64,000 nt of DNA from contig OX597823.1 in assembly GCA_951406725.2 (NCBI GenBank), positions 19,220,001 through 19,284,000 of the forward strand. The letters run 5' to 3'. The position numbers and the translations under genes were made by a program. Shown here in pieces: positions 38,111-51,933 of the stretch (its first letter is position 1; each line of letters opens with the position of its first letter). Below the pieces are notes generated by a model that was given only the letters and a program-made list of their open reading frames with translations, was not told the DNA's origin and did not search any database. The DNA comes from Octopus vulgaris. Taxonomy: Eukaryota.

Positions 38111-40375
38111 TATATAATCTCAAGTAAAATGGTTTCTATAGTTGTATAAACAAACATGGTTTGCTGTTATTTAAGCCTGACATTTATTGTAAGAAACAAA
38201 GGTTATTTAAATATTCTTCAGCTCAGCCATATGCACACTTACTCACTTGTACACACAAGCACAGGCAAGCAGACAAGAGTTAATCTATTGGATAGGAATA
38301 TTAGACTCAGGTTTGCAATTTTACAATGAAAATCATGCAGTTCTGTAATGAATAGATACATTAGAGTGAACAAATTTTAGAATTGAGATTAGAAATTTAT
38401 TCAGAAATTATGCGTTTTCAGATCTCGTCTAAAAATGTCATAAATACAGATCGTGTGAAATCAATATTTCTTTCATGAAATATAAAGTCAGCTTTGCTGA
38501 ATAGAACATAGGAATTGTCAATCATTGAACATGTGTAACCTGTTGTGGTGAATTAGATTAATTAAATTAGATTAATCTTAATTTTTACATGTATTTTTTT
38601 TCACCTGCTTGCATTAACCCTTTAGTGTTCGCATTATTCAGCCAAAATTAATGCTTTTTCATCCACTTTGTTTTGGATTAATCATGCCTTATCTTGGAGC
38701 TATGAGATTTTGATGAAGTAGCTGTTAATTTTTAAAACGATATTGTAGGGTTGGTGTGAGAGACCAGATCTGGCCAGTTTGAACATAAAACAGGCAGAAT
38801 ACTTTTGGCCGGATATGGCCGGTTTAAATGCTAAAGGGTTAAGTTGTAATCGTTTCCAGCTTTTTTGTTGGATTCAACTCCTTCAGATCGACCCTTACCA
38901 CCGCTTTCCATAGCTTTCTCTTCCACAGAATCTTCCAGTTTGGATTATTACTTGGCACTACTTTACTCAACTGTTATTATCCTCCACATGCATCACATGA
39001 CCATAGCAGTGTAGTCTCTTCTCTTAACACCCTAGATCTGATTTCTTTTGTACTCAGTTCTTTACTCAACTCATCTGTGTTCTGTTGTTCATCTACACTA
39101 AAATTACACATCCGATAGTGCAGGCCCTCCTCACTTCTCTCTGGTCATCACACATCCCTCTCATGAAGTGCCCATGTTTTGCTATCCTGTAACATTGTAG
39201 TTTCTGAGATCATCTCTTTCTGTATAAGGAAGGAAGTCCTACCCTTATCAGATGGCTGTTTCTCTTGTTCAGGTAGGGTATAAACCTGGGGCCCGGTAGT
39301 AATGAGACTGACTCTATTGTATTACACAGAGAGAGTATTATCAGAATTGAAGATCAGACTACTGAGCTAATGGTGGCTGGGTATACAGGACTTACAGCAA
39401 GTGGTGTGTGAGGGTAATGCTCACATGCGATTTCTACAGATGTATTGGCAATCTCTTGTTAGTGTTCAGCCTGTGTGATTTAGCAAATAGTAACAAATGT
39501 CTATTTACTAAATAAAAAACTGCTCATCTCTTCCAGCTTTTTACATTTCCAAATATTTCATTAGCAAACCATCTTCCTTGTGCTTGCAGTTTAATAAGAA
39601 ACTGTAACGTCTTTATGTGATTAAATCCCTTAAACCGATTCCAGTCAATGATAAATGTTATAAAATAAAATAAGTATATTTATAATATTAAAAAATTACA
39701 TGGAATCTTTAAAAAATCATAAAAATAATCGTAAAACCAGTATTTAATAGAATTATTGGTTTTATAATTATTTTTATGGTACTGTTTAAACTTTTAGTTA
39801 CATATTTTTGCTGAAGTATGCTGCCTTAGATAAGAATTAAAATTATTTTGCAGTTGTTAAGCAGGTGTTTGGAACACAAATTAATGTGAAATTTTGATGG
39901 GAGGTTTTTATTTATATCATTAACCCTTTAGCGTTCAGATTACTCTGTCAAATGTAATGCTTATTTATTCATATTCTCTGAAATTGATAATGCCCCATCT
40001 TATAACTTCATGGTTTCAATGATATGACTGTTTATTTTTAGAATGACTTTCTTAGGTAGGTGTGAAGCACCAGATCTAGCCAGTTTGAACACAAAAATCA
40101 GGTAGAATATTTTGACTGGACACAGTCAGTTTGAACATAAAATTGGTAGAAAATTTGGGGCTGGATATGGCTGGTTGATATGCTAAAGAGTTAAAGTTTT
40201 ACCTTTAAAACATCTGGTAAAAGACACCTGAAATATTTGTTTTGTAAGTCACCTTGCTTACAAAGTTTAATTTCCATTACTGTGTTTATGACCATCTTTC
40301 ATTATATGTGTATTATATATGTATGTATGTATGTATGTAACACATGATATAATTATATCTGTTTTTGTTCTTTAG

Positions 40376-40525
40376 AAACCATCATTTTCCAATTACGACT
40401 GAGACCACAAGATGACAGAAAGAAAGAACGCATTCGTGCCGTGTCGCACAATGACTTGCGCCATCGTGATCATTCTCCAGAGTCATCTCAGTACCAGTTG
40501 CCATACCTTGTTGAAATTCATCCTG
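40376..40525 (+). CDS. AFDN: Afadin internal exon 3 (end of RA2 and linker to FHA)
   Basis: ctttag| ... |gtatta. ETIIFQLRLRPQDDRKKERIRAVSHNDLRHRDHSPESSQYQLPYLVEIHP matches afadin 'FQLKRRP...LPYLVELSP'. 150 nt, phase 1 to 1. Confidence 0.9.
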
Positions 40526-42155
40526 GTATTAACTTTTTACTTTCTCTTTATTTTATTTACTTTATTGTCCCTCTTTTTTTTTTCCCCCCTCCTCTCCCCG
40601 CTTCCCATTTGAGATGAAATGTCAAGTCTGGCAGAAACCTTTGCTCTCTCCCCGCCTCCAACCTTTCATGATAAAACTATATCTGCTGGATGTGAATGAA
40701 ATTTCACTGGTTTATTGGGCTTACTTTGATACAAAATTTATTACCCTATCTTTTTTTTTTTTTTATCAAATTTATTTTGTTTATTTTTGTTGGGCTGACT
40801 GATGGCATAAATGTTTATAATGGAGCCCTATATGTCAACATTACAAAGCAAGATGATTTGTCTGTAGGCCATTTGAAGAACAATAGTTGAAATGATGCCA
40901 AAATACCAAAGATAAAGTGGGTGTGTGGGACAGTATCCATTGACATCAGCATCAGTAAACCTGTATAATTACTAATTGATGCTTCAGTTTTTTTTCTTTC
41001 TAAGTAGTGATGGTGGTGGTGGTAGTAGTGGGTGGGGTTTCATTCTGGAATTATTTGAGGTAGGGTTTGTTAGTGAAAAAGAAAAGATACTCTTAAAGAA
41101 CGAAGTAATAATGTTAAAGCAGAATCTAACAATGGAGTAGTTGATCCGACTAAACTAGGTCTGATTCTGAATGTAACTTAAATGAAACAATTCTAAGAAT
41201 AATATGAAAAGTAACAATAAAAAAAAAAAAATTATGGTAAAAAAAAAAAAAAAAAAAAAATCAATGCTTGAGTATGTTCCAGACACGAACTGTCTGGCAT
41301 TATGGTCTCAGAACTATAATGTTATTTTTCTCATTATCTGCACCAGATTTTTAAAGTAGTAAACTTCAAACCATCCTCTTGCATTTTTATCATTTTTATT
41401 TTTGTATTTTGACTTCTTTTTTTTTAGTTCCACTATCGGCTTTCTTCAATTGGAACCATTTTATAGAAACCAATTCTAGCGTGTCTGATTTCATATTGAT
41501 CACACACACACACACACAGTCAGTTGTGTGCCATGCAGTATGTCTGAGATTATTTAGATCAACTGCTGTATAGCTGCTAAATGGTTTTATATAGTTAGAT
41601 TATATTTCACTGAGTCTAGACATTTTTTGTGTTGACAGAAATAGTTTAACATTAAATGGAATCAACTTTACCTTTTTATCCATCCAAAGATAAGAAAGCA
41701 AACATGCTTGGATCAGTTCACTGGACTCTTATCCATTTCTACAAATTTCCTTTTACCCCTAGAAATATGCGATTATTTCCTTAAATCTCTTCACATTCAC
41801 AGTCCATATCCCACCAATTCTTTGTTTACTTCTTTGTCATTAGATTGCAACCATGCTGGGGCAACACATTGAAGGGTTTACTTGAGTGGTTCTCAACCAT
41901 TTTTTGCTCTTTGATTCCTATTTTTACTCTCCTGGACTTAGATAAACCCAGTCCATGTTTAAAAAATTCCTATTGAATTTTTATTAAATATGAGTAGCTG
42001 TGTGGTAAGTAGCTTGCTTACCAACCACATGGTTCCAGGTTCAGTCCCACTGCATGGCACCTTGGGCAAGTGTCTTCTGCTATAGCCTTGGGCTGACCAA
42101 AGCCTTGTGATTGGATTTGGTAGACGGAAACTGAAAGAAGCCCATCGTATATATA

Positions 42156-42212
<57 letters not shown>

Positions 42213-43377
42213 ATGTGGCTATGTGCCTGTGTTTGCTTCCCCAACATCGCTTGACAACCGATATGGTGTGTTTACGTCCCCGTAACTTAATGGTTTGACA
42301 AAAGAGACTGATAGAATAAGTAGTAGGCTTACAAGGAATAAGTCCTGGGGTCGATTTGCTCAACTAAAGGCAGTGCTCCAGCATGGCCACAGTCAAATGA
42401 CTGAAACAAGTAAAAGAGAGTAAAAGAGAAAATATTATTAGAAATTGTATATAAAAAATAACACTTGTCAAACATTTTGTGTATTGTCAAAGCATAATTG
42501 ATTTATTGCTCATAGATTTAAGCAACAAAGTCTTATATGGACCCTGGTTGAGCCAAACCAGGAACCATGTGGTTGGTAAGCAAGCTTCTTACCACACACC
42601 CACATGTCCCTTTACATTCTGAATCGAAATCTTGTAGATATTTACTTCGCCTTTTCAACCTTCTAAACTTGATAACATTAAGAGAATTACTAGAACTTAA
42701 TTTGATATCGGTGTTCTCTCCTCTATAATGTGTGACCTTGTATGGGCGTAAAAAAAAAAAAGGTCATTGTTAGTCTTGTGTTACAGAGAAATGTGTCTTG
42801 CTCCACAATATGAACATTAATACTCTCCAAGAAACCATTTATTTTAGAGAATAATTTTTTTTGTTTTTTAATTACTGCTTTATGAAATCATTGCTTATGA
42901 AGTTTGTGTTCAAGTAACATTCTTCTTAGCAGTTTAGTTTGTTTTTGTCTGACTGTAGCCATGCTGGAGCACAGTCTTTGCAGTGTTTGTAAATTTAAAC
43001 TAAAGCCTTTTAATGTAACTAAATGTTCGTATTTGAATATTCTCTAAGTATAGAATAACAGTTTTATTTTGTTGCAAATAGTTGCACAATTTTCTCTGAA
43101 ATTATGTTTATAAAATGTATTGTGTTGTATATATAAAAATAGGACAAATTTAAAATAGAATGAAAATGTAAAAAAAATGATTTAATAATTTTAAATACAA
43201 TTTGAATGAACCATGCAATTTAGCATATTTAATAAAAATCCATCGGAATTTTTTAAACATGGACTGGGTTTATCTTAGTCCAGGAGAGTAAAAATAGGAA
43301 TCAAAGAGCAAAAAAAGAATGTAAAGGGACATACTCCCTACCCTCACTTCTCTGTTCTGTTAGGACGGAGATAAGTT

Positions 43378-43593
43378 ATGAGAGGTGCTGAAAAGTTCCC
43401 GACTTTAAGGGTATCGTGAAAGGCCTGGCTGGAGGTCCAACCTGAGTTTTTTTAGAGGGCTTAGAAAAGCTGAAGGACCACTGTAGTATGTGTGGGAATC
43501 TGAGAGGGGAATATGTTGAATAAATTCATAATTAACTGATCCTCCTGTAGTTTCTTTTACCCAAAGACAGTAACTTTTCAGTACCCCTTCTTA
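43378..43593 (+). mobile_element. Mariner-derived MITE
   Basis: TIR-like GAGGTGCTGAAAAGTT / AACTTTTCAGTACCCC. The interior encodes a remnant transposase C-terminus (LEGLEKLKDHCSMCGNLRGEYVE*). Reverse partial copy at about 20795-20935. Confidence 0.7.
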
Positions 43594-43852
43594 AGCAAAT
43601 ACCAAAATATATTCGGGATAAACTGTGGATAGGGGAGTGAAGAAACTGAAATTTTGATTTCTTTGACTGCTTGGTCATGAGTTCAAAACTTACCCCTACA
43701 CCTATTGTGTTGTAACCCCGAACCACTTACATAATACTCTCTAACATAAAATTAGTGTTGCTCACTAACATGAAACAGGTTCTACATCAGGTCAGAAGGA
43801 CATCCAACTTAAAACAATTGCTTCCAGCACAAAATTTTACACCAGGTAGAGG

Positions 43853-43996
43853 CCACGGGTTATGGTCTCACTAGTCTTGCCGGGTCTTCTCACGCACAGC
43901 ATACTTCCATAGGTCTCTAGTCATTTCCTTGGTGAGACCTAAAGTTCGAAGGTCGTGCATCACCACCTCGTCCTAGGTTTTCCTGGGTCTACCTTC
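43853..43996 (-). mobile_element. RTE LINE ORF C-terminal fragment
   Basis: Minus strand GRPRKT*DEVVMHDLRTLGLTKEMTRDLWKYAVREKTRQD*. Confidence 0.75.
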
Positions 43997-44109
43997 AATT
44001 TTACACCATTGAAGTGTGGTGGTGGGGAATGGGATAAAATAGTAAAAATAATGATATTATAGTGATGCTGAGATAATTTATCTTTGTTTTTCTCTGTGAC
44101 AATCTACAG

Positions 44110-44207
44110 GAATGGATGAAATGGATGGTAGACGTCACCATTTGCAGCTGAATGTTACTGAAGTTGGCAGTGAGAAACCAACGTCTGAGAGTGGACAATA
44201 CCTTCAG
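44110..44207 (+). CDS. AFDN: Afadin internal exon 4 (FHA domain start)
   Basis: ctacag| ... |gttagt. GMDEMDGRRHHLQLNVTEVGSEKPTSESGQYLQ, cf. afadin 'LQLSVTEVGTEK'. 98 nt, phase 1 to 0. Confidence 0.9.
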
Positions 44208-44774
44208 GTTAGTCTTGTTATTCTTTTGATTTAAAACTTGTAATCACTAAATATATAAGATGAATTATTTACACCCAGTGTAAATAAGTGGGTATCATCA
44301 TCATTGTATGTAACTCTGAGATTTATCATCATCATTGTTTAGCGTCCGCTTTCCATGCTAGCATGGGTTGGACGGTTCAACTGGGGTCTGTGAAGCCAGA
44401 AGGCTGCACCAGGCCCAGTCTGATCTGGCAATGTTTCTACGGCTGGATGGCTTTCCTAACGCCAACCACTCTGTGAGTGTAGTGGGTGCTTTTTACGTGC
44501 CACCCGCACAGGTGCCAGACGGAGGCATGTGGTAATTAAATGTTAAGATTTCATTACGTATATCACACTGTAAGATATTGAAGTGCAGAGGTGTTGATCC
44601 TAAGGTCAAGTATCTGAGTTCCAATCCTACTAAGGTTAATTTTACTTTTCATTTCACTGTCTTTGAATTAAGTACCAGTAATGTGCTGGTTTCTGTTATA
44701 TCTTTCACTTGTATTTGTGACCTTATCTATTTTGGAGAAAACAATATTAATGATTTCTATGTTTTCCTGTGTAG

Positions 44775-44975
44775 TTATTTGGTCCAAACATTCATCCCTG
44801 TCACTGTGTGATTGCACACATGAATGGAAGCGTGACGGTGACACCAACTCGGAAAGATGCTGAGACTTACATCAATAATCGGCGGATCTACGAGACGACC
44901 CTCCTACAACATGGGATGTTGGTACAGTTTGGGGATCATCACGTATTCAGATTTTGTGACTCCAGATCTGATGAG
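44775..44975 (+). CDS. AFDN: Afadin internal exon 5 (FHA domain)
   Basis: gtgtag| ... |gtaata. LFGPNIHPCHCVIAHMNGSVTVTPTRKDAETYINNRRIYETTLLQHGMLVQFGDHHVFRFCDSRSDE is the afadin FHA domain. 201 nt, phase 0 to 0. Confidence 0.94.
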
Positions 44976-45004
44976 GTAATAATATCTACAAATCATTTCT
45001 TTTT

Positions 45005-46027
45005 ATCTCCCTTCTCTCTTTTCCTCCTCATCCCTTCTCTCTTTTCCTCCTCATCCCTTCTCTCTTTTCCTCCTCATCCCTTCTCTCTTTTCCTCCTCAT
45101 CCCTTCTCTCTTTTCCTCCTCATCCCTTCTCTCTTTACCTCCTCATCCCTTCTCTCTTTACCTCCTCATCCCTTCTCTCTTTACCTCCTCATCCCTTCTC
45201 TCTTTACCTCCTCATCCCTTCTCTCTTTACCTCCTCATCCCTTCTCTCTTTACCTCCTCATCCCTTCTCTCTTTACCTCCTCATCCCTTCTCTCTTTACC
45301 TCCTCATCCCTTCTCTCTTTACCTCCTCATCCCTTCTCTCTTTACCTCCTCATCCCTTCTCTCTTTTCCTCCTCATCCCTTCTCTCTTTTCCTCCTCATC
45401 CCTTCTCTCTTTTCCTCCTCATCCCTTCTCTCTTTTCCTCCCTCACTCTCTTTTCCTCCCTCACTCTCTTTTCCTCCCTCACTCTCTTTTCCTCCCTCAC
45501 TCTCTTTTCCTCCCTCACTCTCTTTTCCTCCCTCACTCTCTTTTCCTCCCTCACTCTCTTTTCCTCCCTCACTCTCTTTTCCTCCCTCACTCTCTTTTCT
45601 TCCCTCACTCTCTTTTCTTCCCTCACTCTCTTTTCCTCTCTCACTCTCTTTTCCTCTCTCACTCTTTTCCTCTCTCACTCTCTTTTCCTCTCTCACTCTC
45701 TTTTCCTCTCTCACTCTTTTCCTCTCTCACTCTCTCCTTGCTCCTTCTTCTCTCTCTCTCTCTCTTCTTGCTCCTTTCTTCTCTCTTTCTTCTTGCTCCT
45801 TCCTTCCTTCTCTTTCTCTCTTCTTGCTCCTTCCTTCCTTCTCTTTCTCTCTTCTTGCTCCTTCCTTCCTTCTCTTTCTCTCTTCTTGCTCCTTCCTTCT
45901 CTCTTCTTGCTCCTTCCTTCTCTCTCTCTCTCTTCTTGCTCCTTCCTTCTCTCTCTCTCTCTTCTTGCTCCTTCCTTCCTTCTCTCTCTCTTCTTGCTCC
46001 TTCCTTCCTTCTCTCTCTCTCTCCTCT
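45005..46027. repeat. About 1-kb polypyrimidine compound minisatellite
   Basis: Successive arrays of 23-bp (TCCCTTCTCTCTTTWCCTCCTCA), 18-bp (CCCTCACTCTCTTTTCCT), 16-bp and CTTCTTGCTCCTTC-type units, starting about 30 nt after the exon-5 donor. Confidence 0.95.
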
Positions 46028-48012
46028 AACTTTACACAATATTATTCAACCATTGACAATCAAGATATTGCCATTAGTAGTAGAACAACCTGTTTGTCTT
46101 GTTTGGTGTCTTTCTCAAACTGACCAAACTTCATTCTTCAGCATTTTGCAGTTATTAAGTCTAAACTTCATGTTTTTGTTGTCACAATCAAGATGTTTCC
46201 TGTTATTTTCCTTTTAAATTGAAATTTTAAAATGCAGTTTTAAATGTTTGATTACATTAATGGATACTGAAAATAATTCTACAGAGGCTTGGTGCCATGT
46301 AAAAGGCACCCAGGCCACTCTGTAAAGTGGTTGGTATCAGGGAGGGCATTCAGCTGGAAGAACCATGCCAAAACAGATCTCACCGGTGCTGGGCCACATA
46401 AAAGCACCCAGTCCACTCTGTATGGTGGTTGGCATTAGGAAGGGCATCCAGCCATAAAAACCATGCCAAAACAGACAATTAAGCCTGGTGCAGCTCTCTG
46501 ACTTTCCTGCTCCTGTTCAACCCATACCGGCATGGGAAACAGATGTTAAATGATGTTTCTAATTATTTTTGAAACTAATTATTTATTATAAACTAAACAG
46601 AAGTGTAGAGAAATAATTCAACTTCACCCTTAGTTAACAATTCAACACCCTATCAGTTTGGCTGAGTTGGCGTGCCAGGGCCGCTGACTGGCCCCCGTGC
46701 CAGTGGCACGTAAAAAGCACCATTCAAGCATGATCATTACCAGTGTCGCCTTACTGGCACTTGTGCCAGTGGTATGTGAAAAACAACATTCAAGTGAGGG
46801 TGTTACCAGTGCCACTGGACTGGCTCCTGTGCAGGTGACATGTAAAAACACCACTTGAGCGTGGCCATTGCCAGTACCACCTGACTGGCCCTTTCATCTT
46901 TTTGGGGGGTCAATAAAAAAGGTACCAGTTGAGTACTGGAGTTGATACAATTGACTATTCCCGTCTCCCAAAATCTCAGGCCTTGTATTATACTGGTTTT
47001 CTCATATTTCATCATCATTTAGCGTCCGGTTGGGCGGTTCAATTGGGGTCTGTGAAGCCAGAAGGCTGCATCAGGCCCAGTCTGATCTGGCAGTATTTCT
47101 ACGGCTGGATGCCCTTCCTAACGCCAACCACTCCGTGAGTGTAGTGGGTGCTTTTTACGTGCCACCCGCACATGTGCCAGACGGAGCTGGCAAACGGCCA
47201 CGGACGGATGGTGCTTTTTACGTGCCACCGGCACGGGGCCAGGCGAGCCTAGCAACGGCCACGAACGGATGGTGCTTTTTACGTGCCACCAGCACGAGGC
47301 CATTATATAAACCCCTAATGGTTATCTTACTGCATAATCAAGATAGGGACATGAGTGTCCATTGACTGTTTCACTGCTTCTGAGAGTGATGGGTGGAAAG
47401 GAGCAAGTTATGCTCAATTTATCCCTTCCTCAGCACTTTGGTATCACTTCAGACTGGGTCTTTGGATTCACTTAATCCACCTTCTTGCCAGGATGAGATT
47501 TCAAATTTTTTTTCTTTGTCTAATTTTACAACCTTCTTCAAGTTTTTCAAAAATTCTTTTTAGGTCACTTCATATTAATCTATTCGTTACCAACCCTCCT
47601 GAAACTGGCTCTGGCTCTCAGTAGGAATGCCTCATTTTCATAAGTTTTGAATTAAAATTCTTCCACCAAACTTTAGTCACAATTTATGTTCCTAACACTA
47701 GTTGAATGATATAACTAAGTTATTATTTTACTAAATTCTTTGTTATATCTAAAGTAATTGAAAGAAACACAGAGCATCTCAAAATAAATACAGTAACAAA
47801 AGGGTTAATATTGTATTCATTATCAATTGATTATGGTTAACATCTCTCACTTGCATAGTATACACAACAAAAAAGCTTTTATTTTTCCATAGAATGTTCC
47901 AGTGTTGTTTACCTTTTTTTGAGGTGTGCTAATAGTTCCCCCCACCCAATGTTGCCATTCTCATTACTACTGCCTCCTGTTCTGTAACTTTTTAAAATGT
48001 TCTTCTTGGCAG

Positions 48013-48176
48013 AGACCCTCCAAAGTTTCTTGGTCTCCCGATCACAGACTGCAAAACAATCAAAGGGATTCTCAGATCAGACAATACGACCCTGAAATGG
48101 ATGCTGGTACCTACTCTAAACAAATAGAGGAAAACATTCCCCGCCATGAGAGAGCAAGGGAAGAAATGCTCAGAAA
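48013..48176 (+). CDS. AFDN: Afadin internal exon 6 (FHA-DIL linker, poorly conserved)
   Basis: tggcag| ... |gtaaga. Open frame RPSKVSWSPDHRLQ...ERAREEMLR. 164 nt, phase 0 to 2, exactly what is needed to join exons 5 and 7. No strong homology recognised. Confidence 0.75.
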
Positions 48177-49357
48177 GTAAGAAATCAAATGATTGGTTGA
48201 TAAATTGTGTGTGTTTGATTATGTAGTTTTTTGTGATAGACTTGGCCAGGTCAGTGCCAGATTAAATGGATTACAGTATATTTGGGTTTGTTCTGTCCTG
48301 GGTTTTTCTTTGCTTTTTTTTTTATTTTGTCCCATTGGTTTCTCCTTTTCTTTTTGTTCCCCTGGGATTCAACTTTTTGCCTATAAATTTGTCTTGTGCT
48401 AATGTAAGAAATAATTATTTAATGATGGAAATAGATGAAATGATGGTAGCAGACTACATATGTTATTTCTTTTTCCAATTTAGTCCTTGTCATCCTAAGT
48501 TCAAATCATTCCACATACACGCACTTGCTTTTCAATCTTTTTTTTTTTTTTTTTTTTTATCAGTAAATTAAACACTTATTTTTACCACAAATCAGCTTTG
48601 TTCCTATAATCAAAAATATCTTGTGTGTGATTTAGAAATAATGTATCTAGGATAGCATTATTCATTTTCTTTTCTTCTAAGATGGTAAGGGAAGAGATTT
48701 TTTGCTGCTGGTCAAGAAATTAATTGGTTATGTTGGATGAAGGTAAAGACTCCCTTTGGTCATGAATGATCATAGGATTGCTCCTAGAAAGTTCCCCTCC
48801 AAAGTACAAATCCGGGAAAGGGTGTTTATAGAAGACCAGCAGTCGCCCATGCACACCAGCCTCCTCTCTCTATGCCACTGATGTTATCCAAGGCCGATAC
48901 ATTTTGGCACCAGTGACTTCAAAGCTCATTTCTAAAGTTGCGTGAACTGGAGCAACATGAAATAAAGAGTCTTGCTCAAGAACACAACACAGCCTGGTCC
49001 AGGAATCAAACTCACTACCTCATGATTGTGAGCCCACCACTCTAACCACTGAGCTCTGTGCCTTTATGTTGTATGAAATGCTATACCATCCAAACTATAT
49101 ATAATCACCCATCCTTTAATCTATTGTACGAATACTTCCCTCTGTCAACACCAAGTCTCTTAATGGGTTTTGGATGAAAACATCCTTAGTGTCTACCAAT
49201 GATTGACAGTATTTGAGAGTTTCTATTATAAAACAATGTAGATTCTATAGACTCGTCTTGAAACATGCCATTTGAAGGCATCTAATAGAATCGAGTCTTT
49301 TTGTTGGCACAGCATAAATTCCACTTGTTTTACTCTGTTTTGTTTCTTTTCTTAAAG

Positions 49358-49458
49358 TGCTCCCAACTCCATTACTCATAGCCCAGCACGGCAGCCAACA
49401 CCTTCAGGAAAAATTGGTGATGAAGTACTTCCTGCTGCATTAGAGTTCCGTGAAGATG
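49358..49458 (+). CDS. AFDN: Afadin internal exon 7 (pre-DIL)
   Basis: Long polypyrimidine tract, ttaaag| ... |gtaaat. APNSITHSPARQPTPSGKIGDEVLPAALEFRED, cf. afadin 'LPASIEFRE'. 101 nt, phase 2 to 1. Confidence 0.88.
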
Positions 49459-50528
49459 GTAAATATATTTTCTTAAAGTTTTGTTAAATCTTTACTTCAG
49501 AAGGTGAAGAGAATATTTTTGGGTTATGTGTATTGTTTGTTGTTTGCATCAATATGGTGTGTGCATCTTATACATGTACTTGTACATTGTGTGTGGATGT
49601 TCTGAGAAAGCAGGGTTGTGGGCACTGAATTTTTTCCTCTGGTTGAACCATTTTAAAAGGGTAAAAAAAAGTAGTGCAGTTATTTGTCTTAAAATTATCA
49701 ATTTTGATATCATCATCATCAAACATTTGTTCCATGCTGGCATAGGTTGGACATTTTAACTGGTGCTGGTAAGCTAGAGAGCTGCACCAGTCTGATTTGG
49801 TATGGTTTCTATGGCTGGATGCCCTTCCTAATGCCAACCAATATCTATAAAACAAGAATCTTCCCCTGGATAAGATGCTAGTCTATTACGGGATTGGCTT
49901 TCTTTTTTTTTCCCTTGCCAAAACAAGCTCAATAGTGCCAGCCATCAAATTACTTGTCACAGTTATGCTTAGAACTAGGTTAACCTCACCATGGGAGATG
50001 TCTTGCCTCCTGAATATAAAGTTGTCAGTGACAGATTTGAGATGTCAGTACCACGGATGAAGGGGAATTTCAAGAAATACGCAACGTATAAAGGAAATAA
50101 AACATTGATTTATATTGGCGATGGGTTCAGTAAATATTTTAGCAGGATAATATGCTGGATAGCAGATATCTGTGAGTTGTTGGGGGAAGACACTGATATA
50201 TGAAGTAAAACTTAAATGACTTAAGAAGTGATTACCTCTACATTAGTATTCATTTGATTATGCTAGATCAACGTGCTTCATCCAGAAAGATATATTGGAA
50301 ACAGGCATAGGTGTGGCTGTGTGGTAAGAAGTTTACTTCCCAACCACATGGTTCCAGGTTCAGTCCCACTGCATGGCACCCTGGGCAAGTGTCTTCTACT
50401 ATAGCCTCAGGCCGACCTTGTGAGTGGATTTGCTAGATGGAAACTGAAAAGAAGCGTATTGTATGTGTATATATATTGGATAACTGATATCCCATAGTGG
50501 GTTACCCCCATAACCCCTATCTTACTTT

Positions 50529-50579
<51 letters not shown>

Positions 50580-51727
50580 GTGTTTGTGTCTGTTTGTCCC
50601 CCCCACTATCACTTGATAACTGGTGCGTTTACGTGCCCAGAACTTAGCGGTTTGGCAAAAGAGACCAATTGAATAAGTCCAGGGGTTGATTTCTTTGACT
50701 AAAAAGGCAGTGTTCCAGTATGGCCACAGTCAAAATGACTAAAACAAGTAAAAGAATAAAAGAATATCAGTGAGGAAATGGCTAATTACATGGTGCTAAT
50801 GATAATTATGATTATTATCTCCATAATGATTGGCTTAAAATGATTTAAAAATATTCCATAACAATACCGGATTGTAGTGGGTTTGTATTTTCTTTCTAAA
50901 TGGACTTTACCAAAGAAAGAATTTTTAATATTCTTTTTCATAGTAAGGTAGTGAGCTGGTGGGCAAAATGCTTGGAGATATTTTGTGTGTCTTCACATTC
51001 TGAGTTCAAATTCCACTGAGGTCAACTTTGCCTTCCATCCTTTCAGGGTTGATAAAATAAGTACCAGTTGTACACTGGAGTCAGTGTAAATGACTTATCC
51101 CCACCCCTAAAATTGCTGGCACCTTGTGCCAAAATTTGCAACCAATATTTTACAAAGTATTGAATGGCAGACTCAGTAGTGGACAAAAATGCCTTGTGTT
51201 AAATCTGTGTTCAACATCTCCCTTCATTTGCCTGAATTTATTAAAATACATACTAGTCAAGTACTGGTGGCAGTTCAATTAATTAAACCCTTTGGCATTA
51301 GCAGCGGCATTTTATATCATGTGTCCGATAATTTCTTTGGTTTCTTCTTGACCACTTCTTCCCCTCTGTCCATGCTTATTCCTCTGATGACTGAGCTACA
51401 AATGCAAGTTTGTACCAATTTGGAATATTCTAATTACACACACAGGGGCATATGAATGTGAGAACAAGGTGGAGAAACTTAGCAACAGTTAATTATCAAA
51501 TGGATTCCATCAATTTTGAAATGTGACGATTCCTTGCCCAATCAAGCTTGAACCTTTATTTACCAACTGGTTCATTGCAGGATTTTAAAAAAAACTTTAT
51601 TTCTGCTAAAAGTTCACTTCTATCTGATGGTCAGTTATGTGAAATTTGGAGTAATAGTTTTTCTACTACAATAGACCTCTTTCTTTCTCTCTTCCCTTTT
51701 AATTTTGTTGGTAATTTTGTTTTTCAG

Positions 51728-51933
51728 CACAAACCCCATTTCTATCAGAACTTATTCCAAATGTGAAATGCAATGCTGTCCAGTTCAAGTTGGCACCAAC
51801 CTACACCTTGTATTTAGCCATACGTTATCGACTATCCAATATCTATCGACCAGAAATAGAACCAGCTGAACGGGCTTTACGGTTGACTAATTTCATTAAC
51901 AAGATGTCTTCTTTGATCCAACAAACTATTAAG
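51728..51933 (+). CDS. AFDN: Afadin internal exon 8 (DIL region)
   Basis: tttcag| ... |gtaaat. AQTPFLSELIPNVKCNAVQFKLAPTYTLYLAIRYRLSNIYRPEIEPAERALRLTNFINKMSSLIQQTIK, cf. 'VHFKLSPTYVLYMACRY.LS..YRP'. 206 nt, phase 1 to 0. Confidence 0.94.

Noticed and set aside
37518-38157. 200-aa His/Thr/Tyr-rich ORFs (also 10964-11386 and 6513-6881)
   Set aside because: Translations of CA/GT micro- and minisatellites.
44808-46217. 469-aa ORF
   Set aside because: Only the first ~56 codons are real (afadin FHA exon, donor at 44976). The rest is read-through into a stop-free C/T minisatellite.
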